The notes under the pieces are model-generated. The model did not search any database. It was not told the origin of the DNA and saw only the letters and a program-made list of their open reading frames with translations. The translations under genes were made by a program, and so were the position numbers. 64,000 nt of DNA from Alphaproteobacteria bacterium (GTDB taxonomy: Bacteria > Pseudomonadota > Alphaproteobacteria > Reyranellales > Reyranellaceae): the NCBI GenBank assembly GCA_010032545.1, contig RGPT01000001.1, positions 16,264 to 80,263 of the forward strand, read 5' to 3'. Below are positions 28,592-38,825 of the stretch, piece after piece (within the stretch, counting starts at the first letter, position 1; every line of letters begins with the position of its first letter).

Positions 28592-30208
28592 ATGGCTGAA
28601 TGGGATTACATCGTCGTCGGCGGCGGCTCGGCGGGCTGCGTTCTGGCCAACCGGCTGAGCGAGGACGCGGGCGTCAAGGTGCTGCTGCTCGAAGCGGGCC
28701 CGCCCGACAAGTCGATGTGGATCGACATCCCGGCCGGCTTCACCAAGCTCCTGAACCACGACAAGTTCAACTGGAACTTCGAGATGGAAGCGGAGGAGGG
28801 CATGGCCGGACGCCGCATCCCCTGTCCGCGCGGTCGCGCGCTCGGCGGCTCGAGCTCGATCAACGGCATGCTCTATGTCCGCGGCCAGCCGCTCGACTAC
28901 GACACCTGGGGTCAGCTCGGCAATCGCGGCTGGTCCTACGAGCAGGTGCTGCCCTACTTCAAGAAGTCGGAGCATTTCGAGCCCGGCGGCGACAGCAGCC
29001 GCGGCAAGGGCGGGCCGCTAAACGTGGCCGAGATGCGCGAGACGCATCCGCTCTGCGACGCCTTCATCGACGCCGCCGAAGCGAGCGGCTTCCCGAAGAA
29101 CAAGGATTACAACAACGGCACCCAGGAAGGTTTCGGCTACTACCAGGTGACGATGAAGGACGGCAAACGCTGGTCGACGGCGCGGGCCTTCCTCGACCCG
29201 GCCCGCAACCGGCCCAACCTGAAAATCGAAACCGACGCGCTGGTGGCCAACGTGATCCTCGAGGGCAAGCGCTGCGTCGGCGTCGCCTACTCGGTGCACG
29301 GCCAGAAGCGCGAGGCGCGGGTCAACCGCGAGGTCATCGTGTCGTGCGGCTCGGTCCAGTCGCCGGGCGTGCTGGAACATTCCGGCATCGGCCAGCCCGA
29401 GCTGCTGCGCCAGCACGGCATCGAGGTGAAGCACGAGTTGAAGGGCGTCGGCGAGAATTACGGCGACCACTTCGCGCCGCGCATGAACTGGCGCGTCAAG
29501 GACATCAGGACGCTGAACGAGCAGACGCGCGGCCTCAGCCTGGTGAAGGAAGTTTTGAAATACTACGCCACGGGAAAGGGCGCGCTTAGCCTCACCGCCG
29601 GCGTTGTCTATGGCTTCGTCCGTACGCGGCCTGGCCTCGAATCGCCCGACATGCAGTTCCACATGGCACATGCCAGCTACGATTCGGCGCAGAAGCGCAT
29701 GCTGGAGAAGGATCCCGGCATGACCGTGGTGATCGGCCAGTGCCGGCCAGATTCCCGCGGCTCGATCCACATCAAGTCGGGCACGCCGGGTGCCGCCCCC
29801 GCCATCCGGCCGAACTTCCTGTCGGCCCAGACCGACCGCGACGCCACGGTGGCGGGCATGCAGATCGCCCGCAGGATCGTGCAGAATTCGAAAATCGCCC
29901 GCTTCATCGCCTTCGAGAACAATCCCGGCGACAAGGTGCAGAGCTACGACGAATGGCTCGACTTCGCCCGGCGCACCGGCCAGACGACCTACCACGTCGT
30001 CGGCACCTGCAAGATGGGCAGCGATCCGATGGCCGTGGTCGACGACCGGCTGCGGGTCCACGGCATCGCCGGCCTGCGCGTGATCGACGCCTCGATCATG
30101 CCGACCGTGACCTCGGGCAACACCAACGCCCCCACCATCATGATCGCCGAAAAAGGGTCGGACATGATCAAGGAAGATGCCAAGATGGGGCTGAAGGCCG
30201 CCGCCTGA
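28592..30208 (+). CDS. GMC family oxidoreductase (choline dehydrogenase-like)
   Basis: [42 protein letters not shown]. Confidence 0.95.
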   Translation: MAEWDYIVVGGGSAGCVLANRLSEDAGVKVLLLEAGPPDKSMWIDIPAGFTKLLNHDKFNWNFEMEAEEGMAGRRIPCPRGRALGGSSSINGMLYVRGQPLDYDTWGQLGNRGWSYEQVLPYFKKSEHFEPGGDSSRGKGGPLNVAEMRETHPLCDAFIDAAEASGFPKNKDYNNGTQEGFGYYQVTMKDGKRWSTARAFLDPARNRPNLKIETDALVANVILEGKRCVGVAYSVHGQKREARVNREVIVSCGSVQSPGVLEHSGIGQPELLRQHGIEVKHELKGVGENYGDHFAPRMNWRVKDIRTLNEQTRGLSLVKEVLKYYATGKGALSLTAGVVYGFVRTRPGLESPDMQFHMAHASYDSAQKRMLEKDPGMTVVIGQCRPDSRGSIHIKSGTPGAAPAIRPNFLSAQTDRDATVAGMQIARRIVQNSKIARFIAFENNPGDKVQSYDEWLDFARRTGQTTYHVVGTCKMGSDPMAVVDDRLRVHGIAGLRVIDASIMPTVTSGNTNAPTIMIAEKGSDMIKEDAKMGLKAAA

Positions 30209-30225
30209 AGCGCGAGGAGGTTTTG

Positions 30226-30654
30226 ATGAAGCTGTTCGGATCCACTTTCGCCGTTCTGGGGACGTGCCTGGCCGTGGCCGCCTGCATGCCGGCGCCGCCG
30301 CCGACCGTGAGCAAGGAAAGCATGCTGTCGTCGGCCGGCTTCAAGACGATCACGCTGAAGACGCCGGGGCAGGTGGCGGCGTTCCAGGCGCTGCCGGCGC
30401 AGCAACTCTCGCGCAAGACCTACAAGGGCCGGAACGTCTGGGTCTACCCCGACCAGACCGTCTGCGGCTGCCTCTATATCGGCAGCCAGGACGCCTACAA
30501 CGCCTACATCAAGGCGGCCAGCGCCCGGATGATGTCCGACGCGATCCGGGCCAACGATTCCGACGACCCTTATAGCCCGACGGGTTCCGTCAACGCCCTG
30601 GACAGCGACTGGGCCAACGATCCCGAGGCCTACGGCGTGTATACCGACTGGTAG
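30226..30654 (+). CDS. Hypothetical lipoprotein
   Basis: Signal peptide ending LAVAAC; GAGGAGG RBS; CGCLY motif. Confidence 0.7.
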   Translation: MKLFGSTFAVLGTCLAVAACMPAPPPTVSKESMLSSAGFKTITLKTPGQVAAFQALPAQQLSRKTYKGRNVWVYPDQTVCGCLYIGSQDAYNAYIKAASARMMSDAIRANDSDDPYSPTGSVNALDSDWANDPEAYGVYTDW

Positions 30655-30723
30655 GGGCCGGCGCGGCAACTTCATGCTTGCGGTCCAAAGGACCTTGAGG
30701 GCGCGCGTCGCTGTGAGGGTCTG

Positions 30724-31341
30724 CTAACCCTGCGTCGCGGGCACGCCCAGCGACAGCATCAGCCGGTTGGCCCAGTTGAAGAACGAGGCGGCGCCGATCA
30801 GGTCGGCGATCGCCGCATCGTCGAGCCCGGCCTTGCGCAGCCGCTCGATGTGCGGCGGGCCGAAGGTGATTGGCAGTGCCGTGAGCGCCACCGAGGCCGC
30901 CACGATGGCGTCCCAGCGCTCGTCGAGCCTGGCGCCGACGCCCTCGTCGAGCAGGCGCTGGACGTCGTCGGTGCGCTTGGAATAGGTGGCGGCGAAGCGC
31001 GCATGGACCGAGGCGCAGTAGATGCAGCCGTTCAGCCGCGAGGTCGCGGCGGCGGCCAGTTCGCGCTCCGCCCGTGGCAGGCCGGCCTCGGGATTGTAGA
31101 AGATGTCCTTGTCGGTCCGGGTGCGGGCTTCCAGCACGTCGGGATCGCGCGCCAGCAACCTGAAATAGGGCGATTTTACGCGCGAGGCATCGACCAGGCT
31201 GGCGAGATGCCGCTCGGTCATGTCCTGCTCGGCCATGGGCTCGATCCAGGGCAGCCAGTCGAGCATGTCGCGGGTGAAGACCACCGGCTCGGTGTGCGGC
31301 GGCGGGGTGAGGGTCTTCTCGGTCGCAGTCTTCTGGCTCAT
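30724..31341 (-). CDS. Alkylhydroperoxidase (AhpD/CMD fold) domain protein
   Basis: WLPWIEP, RELAAAATSRLNGCIYCASVHAR, FFNWANRL. Confidence 0.88.
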   Translation of the reverse strand: MSQKTATEKTLTPPPHTEPVVFTRDMLDWLPWIEPMAEQDMTERHLASLVDASRVKSPYFRLLARDPDVLEARTRTDKDIFYNPEAGLPRAERELAAAATSRLNGCIYCASVHARFAATYSKRTDDVQRLLDEGVGARLDERWDAIVAASVALTALPITFGPPHIERLRKAGLDDAAIADLIGAASFFNWANRLMLSLGVPATQG

Positions 31342-31922
31342 AGGGTGCTCGCAAGCGTGGTGAGGCCGGCAACGACCCGGATCTGGTAGGCGAGGAAGGA
31401 GACGAGCTGCGAGACCGTCACGATGTCGGTCGTCGACCAACCGGCATCTAGCAGCGCCTGCAGGGCAGGTGCGGCGGCATCGCGCGGATGGAACACCAGC
31501 ATGTGCGTGTGCTCGAACGCCGCCGCCAGCCGCGCGCCCAGCGCCTGGCGGCCGGCCTCGCTCATCTTCCAGGTCGGGCCGGGCGCATCCTCCGTGCTGA
31601 GCGGTCCCTTGGGGAAGTGGCCGTAGGGGCCCTTGCTGCTGGCCGCGGCCACTTCGGCCGCGACGGTGGCGCGCAGGTTTGTCGGCAGCCTGGCGGCATA
31701 AAAGGCAATCGTCCTGGGTTCGCCATGCAGGCCCGCGACGAAGGCGGCGATGGCATTGCGCTCGTAGGCAGCGACACCGCCCACCTCGCGCGGCTCGAAC
31801 AGCGACGCATAGCTCGCCTGGGCGTGCTTGCGCGCCTCGCTGCGGTTGGCGCGGATCGCGTCGAGCTTCGAGCCCGGGGCGATGCCCACCAGCGTGTCGA
31901 TGACGTCTCTCGCCGATGCCAT
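31338..31922 (-). CDS. CMD domain protein (AhpD-fold partner)
   Basis: DVIDTL, ERNAIAAFVAGLH, HPRDA, VSQLVSFLAYQIRVVAGL; 4-nt overlap with the downstream gene. Confidence 0.82.
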   Translation of the reverse strand: MASARDVIDTLVGIAPGSKLDAIRANRSEARKHAQASYASLFEPREVGGVAAYERNAIAAFVAGLHGEPRTIAFYAARLPTNLRATVAAEVAAASSKGPYGHFPKGPLSTEDAPGPTWKMSEAGRQALGARLAAAFEHTHMLVFHPRDAAAPALQALLDAGWSTTDIVTVSQLVSFLAYQIRVVAGLTTLASTL

Positions 31923-31924
31923 CC

Positions 31925-32989
31925 TCAGCCGCCCAGCAGGGCGGGTGAGGCCTTGAGTTGCTGCCGCTCCACCTTCTTCACGATCTCGGTCAGCTTGGTG
32001 TGGGTGGGGGCGGCGACACCGATGTAGTCGCCGCGCTCTGCGATATAGCCGTTCATGAATTCGATCTCGGTGCGGCGTCCCTTGCGGATGTCCTGGGCCA
32101 TCGACGGGCGCTGGATGTCGGCGCGTGGGTTGGGGTTGGTGTTCGAGCCCGGCCGCAGGATTGCTTCGACCTCGTCGAGGGCGGCCTTGTCGCCTTCGGC
32201 CGCCCGGGCGAGTTGCTCGGGTTCGAACTTGCCGATCTTCTCGATGTGGTAGCCCAGCGCCTGGCCCACGCGCACCGCCTCGCCGCCGAGCTTGATCGAG
32301 AAGCGGCGGATGGCGTCGTTGCGGTCGCAGTCGGCGCCGGTGAGGCCGGTCGCGGCCGAGACGCCGTTCTTCATGCCGTTCTGGCAGAGCTTGGACCAGC
32401 GCTCGCCCCACAGGTTGGTCGTGGTCTTGGCGCTGTCGATGCGGGCCACCATCTCGCGCAGTTCCTCGACGCGCTTGGTGATGCGGCCATGGACCTCGCC
32501 GACGCGGAACACCGTGTGCTTGTCGCCGCCCTTGGCGACGGTCCGGCGGATGCGGGCGGGCTCGTACATGTCGACCGAGATCAGCGAGGCCACCATGCCG
32601 ACGGTCTTGCCCCAGCCGACGACGCCCGCGATGCGCTCCTCGTTCAGGCAGTTCTGCAGCGACACGATATAGCCATCGGGCGCCAGGTACTGCTTGATCA
32701 GCGCCGTCGCCCATTCGGTGTCGTAGGACTTCATCGAGACAAAGGCGATGTCGATCGGCTTCTGCCGAGAGAGCGCCTCTACCTCGGTGAGATGCATGGT
32801 CTTGGCCTCGGTGACCGTGAACTTCTCTTCCGGCGTGACGCCATCGAGTTCGAGGCCGCGCTTGCGGATGGTCTCGATGTTCTCGGGCCAGAAGTCGATC
32901 AGGGTTACGTCCTCGCCCGCCTTGGCGAGGTAGCCGCCGACATATCCGCCCAATGCGCCGACACCGACGACCGCAATCCGCTTGCCCAT
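31925..32989 (-). CDS. Ketopantoate reductase (PanE/ApbA) family protein
   Basis: GVGALGG, MKSYD, SLQN, ERWSKL, SMAQDI..GRRTEIEFMNG. Confidence 0.88.
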   Translation of the reverse strand: MGKRIAVVGVGALGGYVGGYLAKAGEDVTLIDFWPENIETIRKRGLELDGVTPEEKFTVTEAKTMHLTEVEALSRQKPIDIAFVSMKSYDTEWATALIKQYLAPDGYIVSLQNCLNEERIAGVVGWGKTVGMVASLISVDMYEPARIRRTVAKGGDKHTVFRVGEVHGRITKRVEELREMVARIDSAKTTTNLWGERWSKLCQNGMKNGVSAATGLTGADCDRNDAIRRFSIKLGGEAVRVGQALGYHIEKIGKFEPEQLARAAEGDKAALDEVEAILRPGSNTNPNPRADIQRPSMAQDIRKGRRTEIEFMNGYIAERGDYIGVAAPTHTKLTEIVKKVERQQLKASPALLGG

Positions 32990-33001
32990 TGTCCGTACTC
33001 C

Positions 33002-33766
33002 TTAAGCTGCCGGCAGTTTGGCGAGGAAGGCCTCGACCGCCTGATTGAATAGTGCGGGCTGATGCAGGTTGGCTGCATGGCCGGCGTCGGGGATCACCGC
33101 CTTGGCGGCGCGCTTGATCTTGGCTGCCATGTAGTCGGTGGCGGCGAGGAAATTTGTGTCGTTGGCGCCGACCAGCACGAGCGTAGGCACGGCGACCTCG
33201 TCGAGCGACTGGATCACCCGGTCGTTCTGCTGAGCCAGCATGCCGCGCGCCGCACCGGCCAGTCCCTTGGCATCGCGGTGGCGGGTCAACCTGACCTCGT
33301 CGCTGGCATTGAGGGCGGCGAGGCCACGCGCTTCGAGGTCGGCGGCACGCTTGTGGGCGGTCTCGTTCCACTTGGCCCGCGCCTCGTCCTTCTTGAAGCC
33401 CGGTCCGGTGTCGAACAGCATCAGGGCGCGCACCCGGTCGGGATGGCTGGCGTTGAAGGCGAGCGACATGTAGCCGCCCAGCGACAGGCCGGCGACGATC
33501 GCCTTCCGGGCGCCCACGGCGTCGAGCAAGGCACGCATGTCGCCCACCGTCAGCGCCTCGGAGTAGAGGCCGGGATCGGTGGGATAATCCGACTCGCCGT
33601 GGCCGCGAAAATCCCAGACGACCACCTGGTAGCGATCTTTCAGGGCTGCAATCTGGCCGTCCCACATGCGGCAGGTCGAGCTGTAGCCGTGGCTGAGCAG
33701 AAGCGTCGGACCGCTGCCATGGACCTCGTAGTGTATTTTGACGCCGTTGCGATCGAGCCTGGCCAC
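33002..33766 (-). CDS. Alpha/beta fold hydrolase
   Basis: HGYSS, DFRGHG, GLSLGG nucleophile elbow, DAGH. Confidence 0.92.
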   Translation of the reverse strand: MARLDRNGVKIHYEVHGSGPTLLLSHGYSSTCRMWDGQIAALKDRYQVVVWDFRGHGESDYPTDPGLYSEALTVGDMRALLDAVGARKAIVAGLSLGGYMSLAFNASHPDRVRALMLFDTGPGFKKDEARAKWNETAHKRAADLEARGLAALNASDEVRLTRHRDAKGLAGAARGMLAQQNDRVIQSLDEVAVPTLVLVGANDTNFLAATDYMAAKIKRAAKAVIPDAGHAANLHQPALFNQAVEAFLAKLPAA

Positions 33767-33778
33767 TCAGGATCTCCT

Positions 33779-35644
33779 TCAGGGCGCGACGCGCGGTTCA
33801 CGCCGCGCGCGCTCGACATACGTCTCGGCATCCTCGGGCAGGATCAACCGGTCGGCGAGTAGCGCCGCGACGACGGCCTGTACCTTCGCGACATAGTCGG
33901 CGCCGCTCTTGTAGCGCTCGGCGATGGAGAGCCGCGGATCGCCCGACGCCTCGCGCGCGGCCTTGTCCGGTGCGAAGGGCAGGCAGCTTCCGTCGCGGTC
34001 GGCGATCTCGCCCGCCGGGTAGGGCGGCTTGTATTCGTTCCAGCCGGTGTAGGTGGCGAGCGGCACGGCGACGTCGGGAAGGCGGACGCCGTCCGCCTCG
34101 TTGCCGTCGGCATCGACCCGGCAGACCAGCGTGCGATAGGCCTGGGCCGCGGGCTTGGGGTGCACCCAGTCGCCGGGCGGCGTTACGCGGTTGGTGAAAC
34201 GAACGATGGCGGCGCCCGGCACGGCCGGGAAGCCGACCTTGTCCGCCTCGACGAGCGTGCGCTCGGCCAGAGTGGGCACGCGGCTGGGCGGCGGGACCTT
34301 ACCCGAGACGACCCAGTCGTCGAGCGCCACCAGCAGGGCGCGAACCGCCGGCATCGGATTGTGCGGGTTGCGCGGATTGAGGTTGGGCCCGGGATCGGTC
34401 GTGGCGCCGGCGCGACCGCCATGCTGGGTGCCGGCAATCATGTAGACGCGGGAGTTTTCCGGCAGGGCGACGTCCCTGATGCCCAACGGATCGGTGTGCA
34501 GCAGCGATGCTCCCTTCTGCCAGTACTCGGTCGAGGTATTTGTCTCGATCAGCAGCGGATCGGACCCGTCACCGCGGAACAGCGTACCGGTCTTGCCGGT
34601 CAACGGGTCGGAGAGTTTGGCCGTCGAGAACGGAAACTCGTTCTCGGGATAGTCATGGTCCTCGTGCTGAGTGCCGGTGCGCGCCGGTTGGGCGAAGGGC
34701 GCGTTGAAGAACACGCGGCCGACGCCGGCGATATGCGAATGAATGCCGTCGAAGACCTTGCGGCCCTGCTCGTCGCGGTTGAAGCCCTCGGAGATGTGGT
34801 TGCGGAGATAGCGGCCGGCCTGGGAGAAGCCGATGGCAAGCGCATGTGTAATCGACCGGCCGGTCACCTCGCCAGCCTTCGGGTCGTTCTTCAGCCAGCT
34901 CACGAAGTCTCGGGTCGCGGCGAAGCCCAGTCCCTGCACCTTCGGGTTGGTGCCCCGGTAGGTGAATTCGTAGACGTATCCGGGCTTCGGCTTGCCCTCG
35001 GCAAGCTTGACCGACCTGGCGTCAATCGACGCCCATGCGACTTCCTGCGGTGGATCTGTCTGGCGTGCGCGTACGGTGAGCTTCGCGCCGTCCTGCGAGG
35101 CCATTTCGTACGAAAGCCTGAAAGCCTCGAGGGCTCCGCCGCGCGTGCCCGAGACGAATTCGTCCCGTACCCATTGGACGATGGGTTGGCCATTCTCAGT
35201 AGCCACGGGCGCGATCAGGCCCAGTCCCTTGTTGGCGCGGGGCGCGTCGGGGTCCCAGCCGGACCAGACGATCACGTAGCCCCTTCGCAGCGGGAAGCTG
35301 TTGCCGACGTCGGCCAGGGTCTTGGGATCGTTCACGCCCTGCGGGCCGTCGGCGATGTTGCCGAACAGCATCTTGCGGCCGCGGTTGTTCACTTCGTAGA
35401 GGATGCGGCCGTTGCCCCGTGCGGGGTCGTCCGGGCGCAGCACGAAGAAGTCCGTCGTGTACTCGACCATGCCGCGCGCATTGCGTGGCGCTTTATCGAT
35501 CAGCGCGATGCCCTTGTTGGCGGGGGCCGCCGGATCGACCTCGCCCTTCGCGGTGCCGATGACGCGCTCATAGGCACCGGCCGCACCGAAGGTGGCACCG
35601 TCGGCCAATGGCTCGACGGCCTGGACGTCGATCGAGCGGAGCAC
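33779..35644 (-). CDS. Large alpha/beta hydrolase domain-containing protein of unknown function
   Basis: YEVNNRG, WSGW, GFSQAGRYLR, STEYW, GTQH, DADGNE..GVRLP; GTG start inferred just after the VOC stop. Confidence 0.75.
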   Translation of the reverse strand: MLRSIDVQAVEPLADGATFGAAGAYERVIGTAKGEVDPAAPANKGIALIDKAPRNARGMVEYTTDFFVLRPDDPARGNGRILYEVNNRGRKMLFGNIADGPQGVNDPKTLADVGNSFPLRRGYVIVWSGWDPDAPRANKGLGLIAPVATENGQPIVQWVRDEFVSGTRGGALEAFRLSYEMASQDGAKLTVRARQTDPPQEVAWASIDARSVKLAEGKPKPGYVYEFTYRGTNPKVQGLGFAATRDFVSWLKNDPKAGEVTGRSITHALAIGFSQAGRYLRNHISEGFNRDEQGRKVFDGIHSHIAGVGRVFFNAPFAQPARTGTQHEDHDYPENEFPFSTAKLSDPLTGKTGTLFRGDGSDPLLIETNTSTEYWQKGASLLHTDPLGIRDVALPENSRVYMIAGTQHGGRAGATTDPGPNLNPRNPHNPMPAVRALLVALDDWVVSGKVPPPSRVPTLAERTLVEADKVGFPAVPGAAIVRFTNRVTPPGDWVHPKPAAQAYRTLVCRVDADGNEADGVRLPDVAVPLATYTGWNEYKPPYPAGEIADRDGSCLPFAPDKAAREASGDPRLSIAERYKSGADYVAKVQAVVAALLADRLILPEDAETYVERARREPRVAP

Positions 35645-35648
35645 GCCG

Positions 35649-36059
35649 CTACTTGGTGCCGGGCGGCGGGAAATTGATCTCCACGCCAACGCCGTCGGGA
35701 TCGTAGAGGAAGATCTGCTGGCCGCCGGTGCGCGGGATGGTCTGCTCGCGGAACTTGACCTTCTTGGCCTTGAGCTTCTTGCGCACGCCGGCAATGTCGG
35801 TGCCTGAGAAGGCGATATGGTCGAAGCGACCGGTGTCCTTGAACTTCTTTTTGGTGCCGCGCACGACGATGCCCTCGCGCGGCTTGCGCGGTCCCAGCAG
35901 GTGGACGGTGGCGACGCCGCCGGAATAGAGCCAGTTGCCGGGGAAGCCCAGGGGCGGACGTTCGCCGTCCTTGAGGCCCAGCACTTCGCAATAGAACTTC
36001 ACGGTCTTCTTCAGGTTGGACGGCTCGATCGTGTAATGTTGCAGGGCGCCCAGTGGCAT
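35649..36059 (-). CDS. VOC/glyoxalase family protein
   Basis: LQHYTI...FDHIAF...QIFLYDPDGVGVEINF. Confidence 0.9.
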   Translation of the reverse strand: MPLGALQHYTIEPSNLKKTVKFYCEVLGLKDGERPPLGFPGNWLYSGGVATVHLLGPRKPREGIVVRGTKKKFKDTGRFDHIAFSGTDIAGVRKKLKAKKVKFREQTIPRTGGQQIFLYDPDGVGVEINFPPPGTK

Positions 36060-36080
36060 CGTTCAGTCTCCTGTGTTGGG

Positions 36081-37289
36081 TCAGACAAAGGTGAGGTCGG
36101 CGTCGGCTCCCAGCATCCAGGCACCAACGGTTTCGAAATGGGACAACCGCCCCTGCAGTTGCTGGGTGACGGTGTGGATGTCGCGAAAGCGCCGCTCCAG
36201 TGGATGGCTGCCGAAAATCGCGCTGGCGCCGGCGGCATTGTAGGCGAAGTCGACCGCTTCGCGTGCCTTGTGAATGGCGTGGGTCGAGGCCATGCGGATG
36301 GTGATGCGCTGATCGACCGTCAGCTTGCCGCCTGGTTGGGCGACGGTGTGCCAGATGTCGGCGACCGCCTGCAGCAGGAAGGCGCGCGCCGCGCGGACGT
36401 TGACCTCGGCCTGGGCGGCATGGGATTGGACCACGGCATTGTCCCGGATCGGGCTCTTCATGCCGCGCGGCACCTTGTTGCGGGCGACGTCGACGAAGGC
36501 ATCGAGCGCGGCGCGCGCGATCCCGAGGGCTACGCCGGAGAAGCCCACCTCGTAGCAGGTCATCGCCGACATCCGGTAGAGCGGCCCGGGCTCGCGGCAT
36601 TCCTTTTCGAAGTCGCGTGTGATCGAATGGTCGGCGCGCACGAAATGGTCGGTGAGGGCGAACTGGTCGCTGGCCGTGCCGCGCAGGCCCACGGTGTCCC
36701 AGATGTCGGTCCACGCCACGTCGGCGGTCGGCACCAGCATGGTGCGCTCGACCTGCCGGCCGTCCGGGCCGATCAGGGGCGTGCCGTCGGCCTTGAAGAC
36801 CGGACAATGCGCGCCGAGCCACGTCGCGTGCCGGCCGCCCGACGCGAAGGCCCACACGCCGGTGACGCGATAGCCGCCGTCGGTCTCGATCGCCTTGACC
36901 CGGGGGCCAGGACCCCACGCCAGGACGGCGCGGGGATCCCGGCCGAAGATCTCCTGGGCCACGGGCAGGTCGAGATAGGCCGCCGACATGGCGCAGCCGC
37001 CGGCCTGGCTCACGCACCAGGCGGTGGAGGCGTCGCCGCGGGCGATCGTCTCGATCACGTGGAAGAAGGTGATGGGATCGGTCTCGAGCCCGTTCGACGA
37101 GCGCGGCATCAGCAGGCGGAACAGCCGCGCCTCGTGCAATCTGTCGAGGAGCGCCGGCGGCAGCCGGCGCCCCTTCTCGATGTCGCTCGAAGCGGCCTCG
37201 ATCGCCGGCCGCAAGGCCTCGGCGCGCGCGATGACGGCCGGGTCGCCGGCAAGGCTGGCGGCAGACGGGATCAGCGTATCCAAGGCCAA
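36081..37289 (-). CDS. Acyl-CoA dehydrogenase-fold flavin-dependent monooxygenase (HsaA/C2-like)
   Basis: WAFASG, WDTVGLRGTASD, AGASAIF...LERRFRDIH; TTG start with CGGAGAAG upstream. Confidence 0.85.
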   Translation of the reverse strand: MALDTLIPSAASLAGDPAVIARAEALRPAIEAASSDIEKGRRLPPALLDRLHEARLFRLLMPRSSNGLETDPITFFHVIETIARGDASTAWCVSQAGGCAMSAAYLDLPVAQEIFGRDPRAVLAWGPGPRVKAIETDGGYRVTGVWAFASGGRHATWLGAHCPVFKADGTPLIGPDGRQVERTMLVPTADVAWTDIWDTVGLRGTASDQFALTDHFVRADHSITRDFEKECREPGPLYRMSAMTCYEVGFSGVALGIARAALDAFVDVARNKVPRGMKSPIRDNAVVQSHAAQAEVNVRAARAFLLQAVADIWHTVAQPGGKLTVDQRITIRMASTHAIHKAREAVDFAYNAAGASAIFGSHPLERRFRDIHTVTQQLQGRLSHFETVGAWMLGADADLTFV

Positions 37290-37311
37290 CTTCTCCGAAC
37301 AGTGTTACTCA

Positions 37312-38682
37312 TCAGGCTACGCCCAGTTCCTTGTCGATCTGGTCGATCGACTTGCTCTTGGTCTCGATCCCGAAGAAATAATAGACCACGCCGGCCATCA
37401 GGAACCAGCAGCCAAGATAAAGAAAGGCCGTAGGGATCTGCGGCAGCGGCACATCTGGTTTCAGGTAGTTGCCGGAACCGACGATCAGCGCCAATCCGAG
37501 CGGGCCGATGATCTTGCCGATGCCGCCGAAGCCGTAGGCCGATCCCATGCCGGTGGTGCGCAGGTGCGACGGCCAGACCTCGGCGGCATAGGGCCCGACG
37601 ATGGCGAAGCCGCCGTCGGCGAAGAACATCGACGCCGCCAGGATCAGCCAGAAGGCGGAAAGCCCGAACAGCGTGGCATTGTAGTTGTAGCCGGCCAGGA
37701 TGATGAGGGCACCGGCGCCGAAGCCCAACAGGCCACCCGAGTTGCGCCGCCCGATCGCCTCGGAGAGGAACGAGAAGGCGAGGCGACCGAAGAAGCCGAC
37801 CACGGTCAGCAGGATCATCATCTTCGAGGCTTCCTGTGGCGTCACCTTGAGCAGCAGGACGAACAGCGACGGTGCCCACAGCACGACGCCGTAGACGCCG
37901 GTCTGGGCGCCGGCGTTGCCCAGCCACGACACCAACAGGCTTCGCGGGTATTTGAAGAGTTCGAACCAGCTGGCTTTCACCGGTATTGGTGCGCTGGCTG
38001 CGTTCGGCAGGGGAAGTTTGGACGGCTCCATCTGCAGCGCCCATGCCAGCGATTTCCGGGCTTCCTCGTAGCGACCCTGGCGCACCAGCCACCACGGCGA
38101 CTCGGGGACCCAGATGCGGATCAACAGGACGATTAGTGCCGGCAGCACGCCGATTGCGAACAGGAGACGCCACTGGTCGGCGCCCATGAAGGCACCGAGC
38201 ACGGCGCCCATGCCGACGCCAAGCGGGATGACGCAGGTCACGAGCCCGCCGACCCAGCCACGTTTGGACGAGGGCATGAACTCCTGCACCAGCGGCAGGT
38301 CCACGCAGTAGAGGCCGCCGACGCCGACGCCAACGAAGAAGCGCATGATGGTCAGGTAGACCCAGCCGTTGTCCGGCGTGAAGTAGAGCAGGCCGGTGGC
38401 GATCGAGAAGTTCAACACCGTGCCGATGAACACCTTGCGGCGCCCGATGCGGTCGGCGAGCCAGCCCCAGACATAGGCGCCGATGATTGCGCCGACACCC
38501 GACGACATCAGCACGATGGCGGACTGGCCGAAGGTGAGCTTCCACGGGCCGATGACAAAGGCCAGCACGAAGCCGATCAGGAAGTAGTCGAAGAATTCGA
38601 GCGCGTCGCCGATCACCGCCGCCGAAATGATCTTTATCTGATTGCCGGTCAGACGAGTCTGCCGGTCGAGAACGTCGAACAT
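37312..38682 (-). CDS. MFS transporter (aromatic acid/sugar porter-like)
   Basis: LEFFDYF, GWLADRIGRRK, QEFMP, EVWPSHLRTTGMG. Confidence 0.92.
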   Translation of the reverse strand: MFDVLDRQTRLTGNQIKIISAAVIGDALEFFDYFLIGFVLAFVIGPWKLTFGQSAIVLMSSGVGAIIGAYVWGWLADRIGRRKVFIGTVLNFSIATGLLYFTPDNGWVYLTIMRFFVGVGVGGLYCVDLPLVQEFMPSSKRGWVGGLVTCVIPLGVGMGAVLGAFMGADQWRLLFAIGVLPALIVLLIRIWVPESPWWLVRQGRYEEARKSLAWALQMEPSKLPLPNAASAPIPVKASWFELFKYPRSLLVSWLGNAGAQTGVYGVVLWAPSLFVLLLKVTPQEASKMMILLTVVGFFGRLAFSFLSEAIGRRNSGGLLGFGAGALIILAGYNYNATLFGLSAFWLILAASMFFADGGFAIVGPYAAEVWPSHLRTTGMGSAYGFGGIGKIIGPLGLALIVGSGNYLKPDVPLPQIPTAFLYLGCWFLMAGVVYYFFGIETKSKSIDQIDKELGVA

Positions 38683-38825
38683 GGCATTTCCCCCTGGCGC
38701 ATGTTCTTCTTTAGGCGAACGTCGCGCCTTCGTTCCGCCAATGCTAAGAACGCTACGCTTCTGCAAGCCAAGACTGCAAGTCACGGTGGCACGGCCCGGT
38801 TTGCCCGTCGAAATTGGAGATTGCC

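Noticed and set aside
31338-33665. 775-aa minus-strand ORF as one gene
   Set aside because: Only 31338-31922 is a real CDS; the rest is off-frame over the KPR-like and hydrolase genes.
38787-38804. Sigma-54-like TGGCAC...TTGC upstream of the decarboxylase-like gene
   Set aside because: GG-to-GC spacing is 13 nt, not the required 10.
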